A stretch of DNA of 64,000 nucleotides from Octopus vulgaris (GCA_951406725.2 OX597815.1:185008001-185072000), one strand, 5' to 3'; counted from the first letter of the stretch, positions 39,472 to 54,785 are shown. Notes: generated by a model from the letters alone, not told the origin. Numbers and translations: made by a program.

Positions 39472-39862
39472 CGGCGAGCTGGCAGAAACGTTAGCACGCA
39501 GGTCGAAATGCTTAGCGGTATTTCGTCTGCTGCTACGTTCTGAGTTCAAATTCCGCCGAGGTCGACTTTGCCTTTCATCCTTTCGGGGTGGACAAATTAA
39601 GTACCAGTTGCGCACTGGGGTCGATGTAATCGACTTAATACCTATGTCTATCCTTGTTTGTCCCCTCTGTGTTTAGCCCCTTGTGGGTAATAAAGAAATA
39701 GGTATTTTGTCTGCTGCTACGTTCTGAGTTCAAATTCCGCCGAAGTGGACTTTGCCTTTCATCTTTTCGGGGTCGATTAAATAAGTACCAGTTATGCACT
39801 GGGGTCTATATAATCGACTTAATCTTCTCTGTGTTTAGCCCCTTGTGGGTAGTAAAGAAATA
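39472..39862 (+). mobile_element. SINE family A, partial tandem dimer
   Basis: Full unit, then a restart at GGTATTT (39701). Confidence 0.9.
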
Positions 39863-40492
39863 GAAAATAGTCCGCCGTAATATAGACTGCAAAAAAAAAA
39901 CGGGCTAGCAGAAATAATACAAAAGTGGGAGTGGAGATTGGAATCGGTAAAGAACCATTGGTGTCCTCTACTCACCGATTACCTAAGCGAGATAAATAGG
40001 GTTGTGGTTTCATTCCTTTATCAAATTATTAAAATGTTTGTAGTGAGCTATAATCGCATTAATGAATACGCGACGCCAATAATGGACAGCCGAGGAGCCG
40101 AAAGTTGAGATGCTTATTGATTTAGGGTGGATAAATATGATCAATAAATGTTAATATGTGAATGAAACAGGGACAAACGAAATTAGGGGAAATCAAAATT
40201 AAAAAAGAGAACGAATTCACTAGTTCACGTACACATGGAAAAAGCATGCAGCCAGACACTGAGTCATTATGAATGTGTCTTTACCCACCAACCGAAATAC
40301 TAGATTCAGGATCTCTCCTAGGGCGAGCAGGAATACTAGACAAATGGAGGTAATATGGTTCTATCTACCCTTCGTTCTCAGCATTCAAAGCAGTCTACCG
40401 AAATTGTTTTCTTTCTTCTTTTTTCTTTGCAGCTTTAGAGAAGCACTTTTCCACATCTAGCAAGTATAGGAAGATTTTTAAACCCCACTCTT

Positions 40493-40652
40493 TACATTCT
40501 GAGTTCAAATTCCGTCGAGTTCGACATTGGCTTTCATCCTTTCAGGGGTGGGGGTCGATAAAATAAATACTAGTTTAGTACTGGGGTTGATGTCATCGAC
40601 TAGCTCCCTCCCGAAATGTGTCCGGCCTTGTGCCAGTAGCTGGGAACATTAT
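40493..40652 (+). mobile_element. SINE family A fragment (alternative tail)
   Basis: TTCTGAGTTCAAATTCCG..CTTTCATCCTTTC..GGGGTCGATAAAATAA. Confidence 0.75.
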
Positions 40653-41185
40653 TAGATTAAATAGAAAATTAGCTTTGTCCTTACATCCGTCATTTTCACC
40701 TTGAGTTTTTATGAATTTTAATATCGAATAAGGAACCAATAAAAGATAGATTATCTGGAGACAAAATTACAAACACTGTTTAAGATTAAATTACGAGATA
40801 CAAATTCCGTCTGGAGACGAAACGATGAATTGCACATTTAAGTTTCATTCTAGTCAGATTTAGAAAAATATTGCACGTAACATTGAAAGCAAAAAAGCAA
40901 TTTTTAACAAACACCAGATGTGCCAAAATTTAGATATTTTGTGTCTTATTTCTTATACAGATGATAATCTTCATTCTTGTACAGAAATAAAAAAAAAGTG
41001 GGGTTAATGGCAAGTTGGAAAGTTTTGTTTCAAATACTTTTCTGTGTACACTGAACATTCGCATCAAGTGTCTTATTTATTCGACAGACTTTTGTGTTGG
41101 AATATATGACTATTAATGATAAAGCATTTATCCCAAGTGAAATAATTTAAAGACAATCTTAATTCGGTTAGCGTAAGTTGAAATT

Positions 41186-41490
41186 GTGGAGGCACATGGT
41201 CTAGTGCTTAGAGCAGCGGACTCGCCGACGAGGGATCGCGGGTTCGAATCTCAGACGGGGCGATGTGTGTGTTTATGAGCGAAACACCTAAGCTCCGCGC
41301 AGCTCCGGCAGAAGGCAATGGCAAACTTCTGCTGACTCTTTTGCCACAACTTTCTCTCACTTTTTCCTCCTGCATCTTGCAGCTCACCTGCAACGGACAG
41401 ACGTGCCGTCGAGGTGGGGCACATATACGCCAAGGAAACCAGGAAACCGGCCCTTATGAGTCAGGCGTGGGTCGAGAAGGAACAAACAAG
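41186..41490 (+). mobile_element. SINE family D
   Basis: Head GTGGAGGCACATGG..GGGTTCGAATCTC; tail GAGAAGGAACAAACAA. Confidence 0.88.
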
Positions 41491-42257
41491 TTGAAATTAT
41501 ATATGTGAAGGTATATTATTCCAAACGAAATACTTTAAAGGACGTCTTTATCCGGCTACTTTTACAAGTTCTGAAGTTATTTATATGATAAAAGCTTATT
41601 CTGTTCTTCATAAGATATCTGTCAAACCCAGTAAGATGATCATCTAAAGATGAAAATATTAGAAGGGTTCGTAGATCATTAGAAAACTGATAGTTGAAAA
41701 ATTATTTCAAATTTCACTTTATGTTCACTATAAAGAAATATTTTCATCTTAAAGCGCCTTGCTGATAAGGTAAATCAGATTTTTCTGTGGGACATAGCAT
41801 TACAAAAAATGACTCGCCGACCTGTAATGGAAACCGACGTTGCAATGTAAAAGTCTCAAAACAGATCATGTATAAAAAAGCGCGAGAAATTTGTTAAGTA
41901 AATTTCTAGCCTACAGCAAAAGTGAATATGTCAGCCAGTGCCTTCAGGTGATCGTTGATTATTTAGTAAATATACAGAAGTTTATATAATACAGTCCGAA
42001 ATATCATTTTATTAACGTTACCTGTAATATATATAGAAATTCTAGGTTTAAAAATATTACATATTATACCTGAATATCTGAGTACAAGTATTCAAACATT
42101 TCTATGCAAAACATGGAATCGTTTACACGAGGTTTTATATTGGAAACATGTATACTGTCATGTTGAAAAATTCTTCTCAAAATTTGGGAACACATTAAGG
42201 GAAATGCAGACTGTGAGAAAATATTTGTAAAGATCAGTATATGAACGTATTGATATA

Positions 42258-42494
42258 CAAGGTGGCCCCAAAGTAGGTTTACAGTTATCGCGTAGGCACG
42301 TTAAATTTCTTTTAAAACAATTTATTACATTTAAATTTCTATCTTACAGACTGAAAAGGAAGCTTGACAAAATTAACTAAATTAGCATAGAATAATGGTT
42401 TCATATTTGTTTTTATAATTAAGACCTAAACTGTTAATATATGAATGTGAAAGAGATAGTTGAATAACTGTAAATCTACTTTTGGGCCACCCTG
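42258..42494. mobile_element. Tc1/mariner-type MITE
   Basis: About 31-bp TIR CAAGGTGGCCCCAAAGTAGGTTTACAGTTAT / ATAACTGTAAATCTACTTTTGGGCCACCCTG, with TA on both sides. Confidence 0.85.
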
Positions 42495-42509
42495 TATATT
42501 GAGTGAGTC

Positions 42510-43128
42510 CAGAACATTTACACCCCACCCCACCCCCATGGACAATAAACCCACCGAGGACAACAATCTTCTAGGACAATTACTCTTAAGTAGTTAACCT
42601 CCGATGTGTACCGAATTTTCCGGTGTATAAGCCGCTATTTCTTTACCTTGGAAATTTAGTGTGCGGCTTAGAGAACATTGCGCCTAATGTGTGTATTTTT
42701 TTATAAGTTTTGAATGATTCCAATGAATTTTTTCTGTTCAGTCGGGGAACAACGTGAAAGACTTACTGCTGCAGTATATTGGTGCCCGGAAGTAAACCAA
42801 GCATATTTGTTTTGTTAAACCTTCATGTTTTGATAATGTTATTTCTAATCTAGTAAAGACTTTAATATTTGACGAAATGTTAGTTGTCGATTATCTCTAG
42901 AAAGAAATATTTAGATATTTCACCCTGTATTAAAGTCGTAGTTAACAATTATGAAAACATGAATGTGATACGATATATTCGAGGAATCGCGTAAAATTTG
43001 CACTTTTAGAAGATGATTTAAAACTTCTCACTATATTGGAGAGGGTGGTAATTTCCTAGGGGGTAGTTGTCGCCGATGGGGGTGGGGGTCTTAGGAGGTA
43101 GTTGTCGTAGGCGGGTAATTGTCCTAAT
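42510..43128. mobile_element. Probable MULE/Foldback-like non-autonomous element with repeated subterminal motifs
   Basis: Left: three GGACAA(T/C)-type motifs with C runs. Right: GGTAGTTGTCG twice and GGGTAATTGTCC in reverse orientation. A pogo-like TIR remnant TACCGAATTTTCCGGTGTATAAGCCGC lies at 42609. Confidence 0.45.
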
Positions 43129-43140
43129 ACGATATTGAAT

Positions 43141-43449
43141 GTTTGTTTTTGTTCCTTCTCAAGCCATGTCTGGTTCATAAAGGCCGGTTTCTCGGTTTCC
43201 TTGGCGTATAGGATTCCCCATATGGACGGGACGCCGGTCCGTCGCAGGTGAGCTGCAAGATGCAGGAGGAAAGAGTGAGAGAGAGTTGCGGCGAAAGAGT
43301 CAGCAGAAGTTCGCCATTACCTTCTGCCGGAGCCGCGTGGAGTTTAGATGTTTCGCTCATAAACATACACATTGTCCGGTCTGAGATTCGAACCCGCGAT
43401 CTCTCAACCGCGAGTCCGCTGCTCTAACTAGTAGTCCATGTGCCTGCAC
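43141..43449 (-). mobile_element. SINE family D, full length
   Basis: TSD ACGATATTGAAT at 43129-43140 and 43450-43461. Confidence 0.9.
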
Positions 43450-44460
43450 ACGATATTGAATAACCTAGTTGTATTAATTGATTCACAATTTGGAATATAA
43501 CAGCAAAGATGAAATACCTCCCATGGTATATATTGTAAAACTTCTACAGAATATAACACTGTAATAAAGACCACAAATATATTTTCAACGAAGTTTATTT
43601 ACAAATACAAGGAATTAATAAATACGCTAAGCTTTTAAAATGGGGAGTGTGGAAGGAATAGATTATAAAAGGCAAAGAACCCGAGGAGAAAGATTAAAGC
43701 CATCCGTATACAAAATATGTCGAAGTTGAGCAGTAACATGGGAAAGGCGATAAAGATAAGTAGGAAAAAATGTAACGACCGATGGAGGAAAGTGTAAAAA
43801 TGGCAGCCTTAAAACAGCAATAACGATTAATGAAGTCTATTTGGGCTTGAAGTAGATGCTTTCCGAACGAAATGCAATATCAAATTCCCTGTTCCTAGAC
43901 GCATTCCTATTCTTCTAAACACACTCTACAACTCTCTGTTGTTTAAGTCTGTTTTTAATGGTGACGGGGTTAATGCAATCGTTGATCTATAAAGGAAATG
44001 ATGTTACATAGTCTTTAGAGATAAAGTATGAGTAACAACGAAGGTCTACTCATGTGCATGAGAAGAACACACCTTTAGTAAATAGTGATATACCGATTTA
44101 TGCAATGAATTCAAACACAAGTCGCAACAAAAGACAATAGCAATAAGGAAGTTTTTCACAAGCCTTTCATGAAACATTTATTGATTTCTATACAAAAGAT
44201 CGATAGTCCATATGTCCATGATACATAAATATATATATATATATATATATGTGTATATATATACATGTATATATATATACATACATATATATATATGTAT
44301 ACATATATATACATATACATACATACATATATATATATATGTATACATATATATACATATACATATATATATATATATGTATATATATATACACATATAT
44401 ATATATACATATATTTATATACATACATAAATATATATATAAGTATATATGTATATATAT

Positions 44461-44526
<66 letters not shown>

Positions 44527-45538
44527 GTTCTTCATTAATTAGCATGTGATGACTGACAAAAACCATAACTAGGAAAATAGGTTTAGATGAAATGAATCAG
44601 CTTCAAACGAATCGCTCAAACACAATAAACTTAATTATTTAATGTGTAAACATAATTTAAGCGATACACACACACACACACGCGCACACGCACGCACGCA
44701 CGCACTCGTACACACACGCACTCGTACATACACGCACAGATATATATACACGCAAATACACACACAAAAACTCATATATTTCAAACGTACAAATATGGCC
44801 GCACGCATGTACATGTACTCATGCATACGTGTATATTTGTGTGTGTGTGTGTCTAATACAGCTCATATAAAATAGCAATAGATCTAGCGTATAAAAATAT
44901 GTAATATATTTCAGTATTTTGTTAGGCACACAGGTTTTCTATTTCTTAGAATTGCACAGTCTTCCAATATATGAAGGGTTGTGCGTCGACTGGTTCGTGT
45001 TTTGGCTCAAGTGATGCTTCTCCGGAGGCTAAGTAAATCTTAATCTTAACTTAATCTTATTTTCATTAACCAAAGGAGAATAGGCAGCTTTCCTGGCATT
45101 TTAGGCTCTCCCTTTATGTAGTTTATCTTTGAAGCTGAGGAAAGTCTATGGACATCTAACAACTTCAAAGAAACCAAATGCATTATACTAGCTGTATAAG
45201 CTACAGTGATTGCAACTGAATATTTCTCAATCAGTCAGATGACTTTATATATCCCGGGTGGGTCATTATGCCCATGAGAAGCACACGTACTGGTTTAATT
45301 TCACTTCCTATTTATTCGTCAATTGGATTGCTATTTAACCAATTAACTAGTCGAGGTTTCGCCTAATTATTCAGTTAACCGATCCATTTTGTCGCTGTTT
45401 GCTACCTCTTTAATGATATCCCCTCTCTACTCGAGACCAGTTTCAAGTCTCTGACTGTCCCAAGGCGCAATAAAATTCTTGAACACCAAGAATCTTCCAA
45501 ACCAAATACAAAGCGAAATATTCTAGGTTTTATATATA

Positions 45539-46827
45539 CGAGGGGCGTTCAATAAGTAATGCCCCTGACCCACTTCCCATAGCAGTAGAGCAACGAAACT
45601 TGACACAGTTATTAGTCTTTTTCTACAAAGGAACCACCCAGAGTTACGCATTTCTCCCATCGTTTGATGCGGCTCTGGAGACCGTTTTTGTAGAAGAACC
45701 CAGCTTGGTCCTCCAACCTCAACGTGACTTCAGAAATCAAGGCTGCATCATCTGGGAAACGCTTTCCTTTCAAAAACAACTTCATGATTGGGAAGAGGTG
45801 AAAATCAGAGGGTACAAGGTCAGGAAAGTAGGGGGGATGGGGAGGATTTCATAGCCATACGCCTGTGCTTCTGATCTGGCGACAAGCGAGTTGTAGACCG
45901 GAGCGTTGTCCTGCAGGAGGAGGATGCCTTTGCTGATCTTGCCCCGCCTCTTGATTATGATAACTTCTCTTAATTTCCTCAAAAGTGAAGCATAATAGGC
46001 TCCTGCAATTGTGGTACCCTTTGCCAGGAAATCTGTCATCACTACTCCGTCCTGGTCCCAGAAGACTGTGAGCATGACCTTGCCAGCGGAGGGCTGCACC
46101 CTTGCCTTCTTTGGAGGGGGTGAGTCACGGTGCTTCCACTGCATTGACTGGACTTTGGTCTCTGGATCATCGTGATGGACCCAGGTTTCATCCTGTGTAA
46201 TCAGTCTTTTGAAAAATTTTGACTCATCTTCTTGGCACATCTCCAAATTCACCCTCGAGCACTCGACGCGTTCTTGCTTCTGGAAAGGCGTGAGCAACCT
46301 GGGAATCCATCTGGCAGACACCTTTTGCATATGCAAATGGTCATGAATGATAGTTTCCACATACGGTACTAATCTTGACCTCATGGGCTATTTGACGAAT
46401 AATTATGCGTCGATCTTCCAAAATGGAAGCCTCAACTTGACGGACAGATGCCTCATCAATGGCAGAAGGGGGCGACCAGATCTGGGAGCTGTTTCCACAG
46501 AGTTCCGACCATGTTTGAATTCACGATGCCAGCGTTTTACAAGGTCATATGATGGGGCATCATCACCATAAGTTACTTTCATTTCATCAAAAGTCTCCCG
46601 TGGTGTGCGTCCTTTCAAATACAAAAACCGGATCACTGCTCGACACTCAACAGGCTCCATTTCACACTTGACTCGGTTCAAACACCTGTAAATCAGAAAC
46701 CACAATTAATTCAGAGCTGTAATTTGCCACTTACTCTATAGAGATATAAATGATTGCACATGCAAAATTTCAGCTAGATCAAACAACTACAAGTGGGTCA
46801 GAGGCATTACTTATTGAACGTCCCTCG
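45539..46827 (-). mobile_element. Full-length mariner DNA transposon (about 1.29 kb)
   Basis: 36-bp TIR CGAGGGGCGTTCAATAAGTAATGCCCCTGACCCACT / AGTGGGTCAGAGGCATTACTTATTGAACGTCCCTCG; TA target duplication. Confidence 0.95.
45613..46660 (-). pseudogene. Mariner transposase with frameshifts
   Basis: HTH region RAVIRFLYLKG..VKRWHREFKHGR..PRSGRP, then ARWIPRLLT, ITQDETWVHH, LLQDNAP, and a shifted PPYFPDLVPSDFHLFP motif. Confidence 0.9.
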
Positions 46828-46858
46828 TATTTCCACTTTATATAGGATTATGTACTTG

Positions 46859-46910
<52 letters not shown>

Positions 46911-48546
46911 CGTGTGAAACTGGACGAGTACATACGTGTTCGATTTTGACCCTACAGCTTCAGTATTTTCCTACATGTGTAAGAGGTACTTCACTGTGAG
47001 TGTTGCTTCGGCTTTGAAGAAGATCAGCAAGTATTCGTGGCCAAACTACTTTCTGTCTCTCAAAATGACCAATAAGTCCTTGCTAAAGTAAGATGATAAA
47101 TGATATTTTCTCTCTAAATAGAACGCGAATATTTCCTAATAAGTGCTAGCTACTTTAGTATCCGATGCTAAAGCCATCACTTCCTTAAGCAACAACATAC
47201 TTCATCATTAAAAATATTTTGCATACTAAAGTTATGGAGTCATTTACCGGGATTAACTACTGCGCTGCTAACACGCATATCAGGAAGGATGCTGCTGTCA
47301 GAATTTTCATTGATCTGAACAAAACAAGACGTTTGTTTCTTAAATTAAATTAGAAATTTGTAGATTAGCAGAAGCAGAAAGTAGATTCGCAACGTGAATC
47401 GAAAGCTTCAACAATGTGTCAAAGTTTGTGTCAATCAGATGGATTCAACGAAGATTATGTTACTCATATGAGTGCATGTATGTAAATATATGTGTGTTTG
47501 TGTGTTTGTGCGTGTATGTGTGTGCTTGTACGTATATACATATTTATATGTAAACGTATATGTAGATGTATGTATATGTTTACATAGACATATGTAATAA
47601 AGATTATAATGATGTATGTGTATATATATGGTTTGGCGGAGACGTGGTCAGATTAGTTTGGCCAATGCTATACCGTTGATACTTATCACTGATAAAAGTA
47701 AAGTGGAAAAGTAATCAAGATTAGGGTCAACTGGTACTTATTTACTTCCAGAATAAATGGAACGTACTTGAGATGTACTTTGAATACGACATCAATCTCG
47801 TAAAGTGATATCAACTCGTTTGCTCAAAATAGTCACAAAATTGCTCTCAAATCACACACAACCGTTCTAAATAAGACAGCGCCACTAGATATGGCTAAAA
47901 ATACTGGATCGTCTTTGGTCATAGTTCTCCTCTATCAGAATTGATGTGGAGCCAATCAGCAAAATCAACGCTGCAAATTATTTCTCGAATTTCATAAACA
48001 TGATTTTACAAAAGCCTAGAATCATTAGTTCGAGTAGGGATATAAGGTGAACTTTTAATGAGTATCAATATTTTCACAGTAATAAAAATAAAGGTATTAA
48101 TCTTCGACGTTGACTCCTTCGCCTTCTATGACGCAAAGGGTGACTCTCAGCATGGATGCTGTACCTGATAAAAATAGCAGGTGAATATCCCGCGCAATGC
48201 ATATTTTATGATCAAAAACAAGGATATGAATGCATTAAGTAATGTAATTTTTGATATTCATAAAAGACAGGTTAGTCATGACTGGAACGCTTCCATGATA
48301 AATGTGCCTCATGTGCTTCCATTTCTTAGATGAGACATTAAGTACCGGTATCATTTCACTTAGGCTACTTCTCTATAACTGCTGAAAAATTCACGATATA
48401 TATGCTTTGTTACTTGACCTACTAGAAACAACAGCCAAATCCTCCTCTATGTTAGAAAATTAATAAGGTTAAATACCTATCAAAATTAGTGAGAATCGTG
48501 GCTCGAATGCCTTTATTTAAGTTTCAACTATAACAACGAATTGTTG

Positions 48547-48929
48547 AGGCACTCCGTCGGTTACGACGACGAGGGTTCCAGTTAATCTGATCTACGGAAC
48601 ACCCTGCTCGTAAAATTAAGGTGCAAGTGGTTGAGCTCTCCACAGACACGTGTACCCTTTACGTAGTTCTCAGGGAGATTCAGCGTGACACAGAGTGTGA
48701 CAAGGCTGGCCCTTTGAAATACAGGTACAACAGAAACTTGAAGAAAGAGTGAGAGAAAGTTGTGGTGAAAGATTACACCACCACCGCCACCATCACCCCT
48801 GGTGGAGCCTCGTGGAGCTTTAGGTGTTTTCGCTCAATAAACATTCACAACACCTGATATGGGAATCGAAACCGCGATCCTACGACAGCGCGCCCGCTGC
48901 CCTAACCACTGGGTCATTGCGCCTCCACA
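48547..48929 (-). mobile_element. Hybrid SINE (family D head, family C tail)
   Basis: Same organisation as 21105-21480. Confidence 0.85.
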
Positions 48930-49378
48930 TAAGAACGAATATTACGCATTTGTTAAGGGAATCGAGAAAAATCGATTTTTGTAATTCCTTAACCAGAGTC
49001 GTATAACTATTAATAGTTGTCAACACGGGCAGATAACTCATTAGAGACACCTCAGCTGGATTCTGTGACGCTATCCTCAACCAAGTAGCCAAGATGAGAG
49101 AAACGCAGATTTAGAAATACATATTTCGAAAATGTCAAATTACTCTACTGTATAATTATAAATAAGATTTGTTTGTCTTTGGGAGATTAAAAAGATATGG
49201 AGTAATCCTTTTTAAAGGTTATGATGCGTGCGCTGACAGCAGAGGAAGCCTGATCCCTAAGTTTATCAGGCTGTTGACGTATGATTATTATTATTTATGT
49301 ATAATGTTGCTTTATTTATATTGATATGGTGATTAATATTGTACATATACGCATATACATGCACGCGTACACACACAC

Positions 49379-49415
<37 letters not shown>

Positions 49416-49508
49416 AACGTATTATGTGTGTATATACATACGTATACATAGAAGCACATATATATCTACATGTACGTATGGATCTATAAATACATACATA
49501 CATGCATG

Positions 49509-49560
<52 letters not shown>

Positions 49561-49684
49561 CATGTGTATATATATATATATACATGTGTATATATATATA
49601 TATACATGTGTATATATATATATATATACATGTGTATATATATATATATATATATACATGTATATATATATATATATACACATG

Positions 49685-49753
<69 letters not shown>

Positions 49754-50689
49754 CTCACGAAGAGATTTTTCTCTCAGATGAAAAACACATCGCCATGCCT
49801 ATCAACGATATATATATATATATACGTGTGTGTATAAATGTATATGTAAATATATGCATTTATATATATTTATATATATATGCATTTATATTTATATATA
49901 TATATTTATATATATTTATAAATATATGCATTTATATATATCTATATTGAATGTAGAAAAAGTTTACAATGTTAAAGGAAAGAAAAAAGAGAAAATGTAG
50001 AAAGGAAAGGAAAATGTCAATGTGAAGGTGAAAGTAAAAAAAAAAACTCGAAGAAGCGATGAAGTGGAAAGAATAGCTTAGATTAAAATGTGAACTCTTA
50101 AAAGTTTGCCTATAGTTTAGGATAAACCAAACTTCTAATGCTTGACATAGCACATTGGAAGAATAAGTCATAGGAGATTCGATAACTGATTAACATACCG
50201 TGGAAGTAAAACACAGAAATATATTAAAAATACATATCTCAAAAGAGCATTAGTTAACGAAAATAAAATAAAACGGTAATACTTCGAAAATGATGAGAAT
50301 AGCAAGGGCAATTTTAAAATTCGGAAAGGACTGAAGAACGAATTAGAAACATTATTATTCCTAGTAGAAGGTAAGGTGTATGAACACATACGTTTCTAGG
50401 GGAAAATATTGATTGAAAAATGAAAAAGAAAGCAACAATCTTCCTGTTTTTATTTTCCTTAAGAAATAAATGTACTGAGTAACCGATAATTCGCACGTTA
50501 TTGGACCCTAACGAAGACACAGGGACGTTGATGCGCTGCTGCAAAGGAAAATAAACCACAGTGGACTTCTGTGATTAAATAGTTTTTGTGAAAAGTGATA
50601 GCTAGAGAGATGCATGCAACATGAAACAGAATTAGACAAGAAGAACCAAAAGAATAAGTGGGGTAAAGCTACGTTAAAGTTATTCAGGT

Positions 50690-50892
50690 ACCATCATCAT
50701 ACTCATCATCATCATCATCATCATCAATATCATCATCATCGTCGTCGTCGCCATCATCATCATCATCATCATCATCATCTTCAGTAGCAGTAGTAGTTGT
50801 AGTCATCGATAAAATAAAGTACCAGCAAAGAATTGGGATCGATGTAATCGAATACCTTGAAAATCGTTAGTTTTGTGCCAAAGTTGCAAACC

Positions 50893-50960
<68 letters not shown>

Positions 50961-50975
50961 TATTATTATTTATTA

Positions 50976-51052
<77 letters not shown>

Positions 51053-51185
51053 TGCTGGTGATGTGGATTTTGCAGTTGTTTCTGCTGCTGCAGAGGATGA
51101 TGGTGGGTGGGGGGGTTGTGAGGATGATGTTGACGACGGCGACGGCCACGACGACGACGATGATGATGATAATAATGATAAACTA
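50690..51185. repeat. (CAT)n, (TTA)n and (GAT)n tracts around a SINE A tail fragment (50805-50895)
   Basis: Direct inspection; TCGATAAAATAAAGTACCAG..GGGATCGATGTAATCGA. Confidence 0.85.
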
Positions 51186-51720
51186 ATTGAAGAAGCAATA
51201 AAACTGATTTGGAGCGTACATTGGTGACAGTCGATTATACGTAGGAGAAAACAGAACTACAAAGTTATTTATTGCTATAAATTCAATCGTTGATTGATGA
51301 TAACATTTACTTCTTCGAGAAACCTGTACAATCACTTTTCCACTTGTTTATGATTTATACATAGAAGGAAGTCATTACTACGTGTCATCAATACTTAGAT
51401 TCCAACCTTAAATTAAGGCTTCAGCTAACATTATGGAAATCTCAAGAGCGAGATGACAGACTAATGGTAGTATTTCTTCAGTTACGTTCATTGCCTGCAT
51501 TTTTAGCCCAAATAATTCTAATTCTCATTATTCGAATTATTGTTAAGCTATCACTGTGATTTTCATTATAACAAATGCATGGCTTTTTTCTTTCAATTTT
51601 GTATGTGTGATTTGTCTTGTTTTGTCTACAATGATTTCCAAACGAACAATACATTCAAATTTCATTAACATAATGAAAAATACATAAATATGTAAAATAA
51701 CTTATATATCTGTCGATGTA

Positions 51721-51964
51721 CAGGGTGTTTAAAAAGTCTCTCCGCAGTGAATTTTTTTTTATCCTGCACATCACCACGACACCACTTAAAGTGATTTTTT
51801 TTTTTTTTGGTCAACGAATTTTTTCGAAGGGACTTTGGCCACCACGATCCTCTGATGTAACACCACCAAACATTTTCTTCTGGGGAGCAAGTAAAGGATC
51901 AGTGTAAACGAATTGCCCGAAAACCATTAAATATTTACTGCGGAGAGACTTTTTGAACACCCTG
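51721..51964 (+). mobile_element. Tc1/mariner deletion-derivative MITE retaining a transposase motif
   Basis: 28-bp TIR CAGGGTGTTTAAAAAGTCTCTCCGCAGT / ACTGCGGAGAGACTTTTTGAACACCCTG with TA flanks; internal WPPRSSDVTPPNIFFWG. Confidence 0.88.
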
Positions 51965-52861
51965 TATATAATTGATACAATACAACCTGAATGTTTTCAA
52001 ATAATTGTCAAGGATACATTTCGCATAAGCGAAGGGATTATTATAAAATTTAGCATTAAAGCTCTGGTTCTCACTTTACTGAAACTGAAAGCAACACTAT
52101 AGATTTAGAAATAAAAGATCTTGGTAATGCTCTTGCACTTATCGTCCTTAATCTTCTAACATTCATGATACAACTATAAATTTAGTTTCCACTTCACTCT
52201 ACACTATCACAGTTATTGATCTTGATTTTTAACATAAGTGCAAGGCCTAAAATTTTGGAATGATATTGTCTGTCATATCAAAATTTGATCGGTACATTAA
52301 TCGATCTCGGCGGAATGAAAGGCAAAGTTGACCTTAGCATCATTTGAACTCAGAATAAAATGAAAACTAACTGATTATCGCGAGACAATTTGTTCAACAC
52401 AACGATTTTGGTGAAATTCCGTAATTAATTTCTTTATCCCTTCACATTCATTTCGATGCGCCTCCCTTAAAAAATCTACCAACTAAGAAAGCTTTTGTTT
52501 TATTGTTCCCAAAATAATTCCATCAACAGAACATAATCCCTACAATTCTAATCAAACAACTACTAACATACGTTTTAGTATGAAACAAAATACAAGCATT
52601 TATGATTCCTTACCTGTAATCAATTAGACTACTTAGAACTTTGTTACATATTTCAACCATAAATAACTCTACAGATTATTTTTCTTTAAAATGTTATTTG
52701 GATATGATGGGAGTATTGAAAAGAAATATATATTCTTTTCTGCAATTTTTCGATTTCACTTATCGTAAGAAATTTTCATCGGCTACAATAATATTGAAAA
52801 GCTGACGAAAAATGTAGATGACTTCCGCACACGCACAAATGCGCAGACACATACATATTAA

Positions 52862-53251
52862 AGGCTCGAGCTGGCAGAATTGTTAGCACGCCGGGCGAAA
52901 TGCTTAGCGGTATTTCGCCTGTCGCAACGTTGTGAGTTCAAATTCCGCCGAGGTCGACTTTGCCTTTCATCCTTTCGGGGTCGATAAATTAAGTACTAGT
53001 TACGCACTGGGGTCGATGTAATCGACTTAATCCGTTTGTCCGTCCTTGTTTGTGCTCTCTGTGTTAAAACCTTTTGTGGGTAGTAAAGAAATAGGTATTT
53101 CGTCTGTCGCTAGGTTCTGAGTTCAAATTCCGCCGAGGTCGACTTTGCCTTTCATCATTTCGGGGTCAATAAATAAAGTATTGACTTAATCCGTTTGTCT
53201 GTACTTGTTTGTCCCCCACTATGTTTAGCCCCTTGTGGGCAGTAAAGAAAT
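52862..53251 (+). mobile_element. SINE family A, partial tandem dimer
   Basis: Restart at GGTATTTCGTCTG (53094). Confidence 0.9.
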
Positions 53252-53468
53252 GTATTAATGGCTAGCAAAGGATACAGTATTTCATTTTGCAACTATAATA
53301 TACTTCCAAGTACATTAAAGGTTTGCAAGTCAATATTGTGCCTTACTTTGGTGTTAGCAGTGCAATATTCTCAACTGTAAGTTTTCTATAGAATTTAGAG
53401 CCAGAACTAAAAATTTTAACTTTCGTATACGAATATATTCATGCATACAAATCAAATACATACATACA

Positions 53469-53502
<34 letters not shown>

Positions 53503-53689
53503 CATACATACATACATATATACATACATACATACATACATACATACATACATACATACGTACATACATACATACATACATACATACATACATACATACA
53601 TACATACATACATACATACATACATACATAAAAGTTCAGATTTATACCTGTAATTATTGGGGTCTAGCGATATTTGACACACTGTCTAA

Positions 53690-54030
53690 ATACCAATCTT
53701 GAGAAATTAGGCTTTTCAAAACGGGAAAGGAGAAAGTTAATTCTTCACAGGAAATGTAAAAATCTGTAAAATTTTCCAGGCGTTTATCATTTAGATATAT
53801 ACGAGCATGCCTAGATATACACCTATATGCATGAGAATACATAAATAAAACAAAACGTACAAATCTGCACATATACATACACATATATGTATGTATATGT
53901 GCAGATTATACAAAAATAGCCTGTTGTTGATGTTGAAATTCCAATGAAGGAGCCTTGGATCTAGGTTAGAAACCGACTCATTCCCTATTGGTAAGGAATA
54001 TTAAAATAAAACTGAATAATGATATACATG
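53690..54030. repeat. Second copy of the 30375 repeat, with degenerate hammerhead-like motif
   Basis: CCAATGA-agg-AGCCT-TGGATCT-AGGTT-a-GAAA-CCGACTC at 53941-53979. Confidence 0.55.
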
Positions 54031-54569
54031 TATACATATCACAGCTAGAAAAGTTGGTAATGGATATACATACATATTTCAAGAGTGATTACACTATTCT
54101 CAGCACTACATCCAACCCATCAGCTATCGACGAACGCATTGCGTAAGTATCCACTATGCTTAGCGGTGAAATACTATTGGACAGACCAATTTATATATTA
54201 AACTCATTCCTCGAAGCTTGCACTTCAATATTAATTGCTACCAAGTGCTTGAATTCTATGGAAAACCTGTAGAGAGAAACCTCTGTGTGCGTGTGTGCGT
54301 GTGTTCGTGTGGTGTGTATTCGTTATAAACCTAATTTAATACGAGATGTAACAACATTGTTGGTTCAAAGTGCATTCAAGGCGTTCAGCAGATTCCGAAT
54401 CATTAACTGATAGATTCTAAATGCTTCAGAAATATATTAAATGGACTTTCCAATATTAACTTTCTACATAATGTAAGCTGCCTGTTGTAAATTAAACCGA
54501 TATATTCCATACAAATCGTATAGCAAGCGCATATGCACACGCACACACGTGCATTAGAACATATATATT

Positions 54570-54611
<42 letters not shown>

Positions 54612-54715
54612 AGTGTGTATATGTGTGTGTGTATGTGCGTTTGCATTTGTAATCGCACGGTAGTGTTAGTATATGTGTACACGTATACATATACGCGCAT
54701 ATATATATGTGTGTG

Positions 54716-54785
54716 TATTTATGTATCTACTCATTTATCTGTTTATATGTGCATATATATATGTACATATGTATGTACTTATACT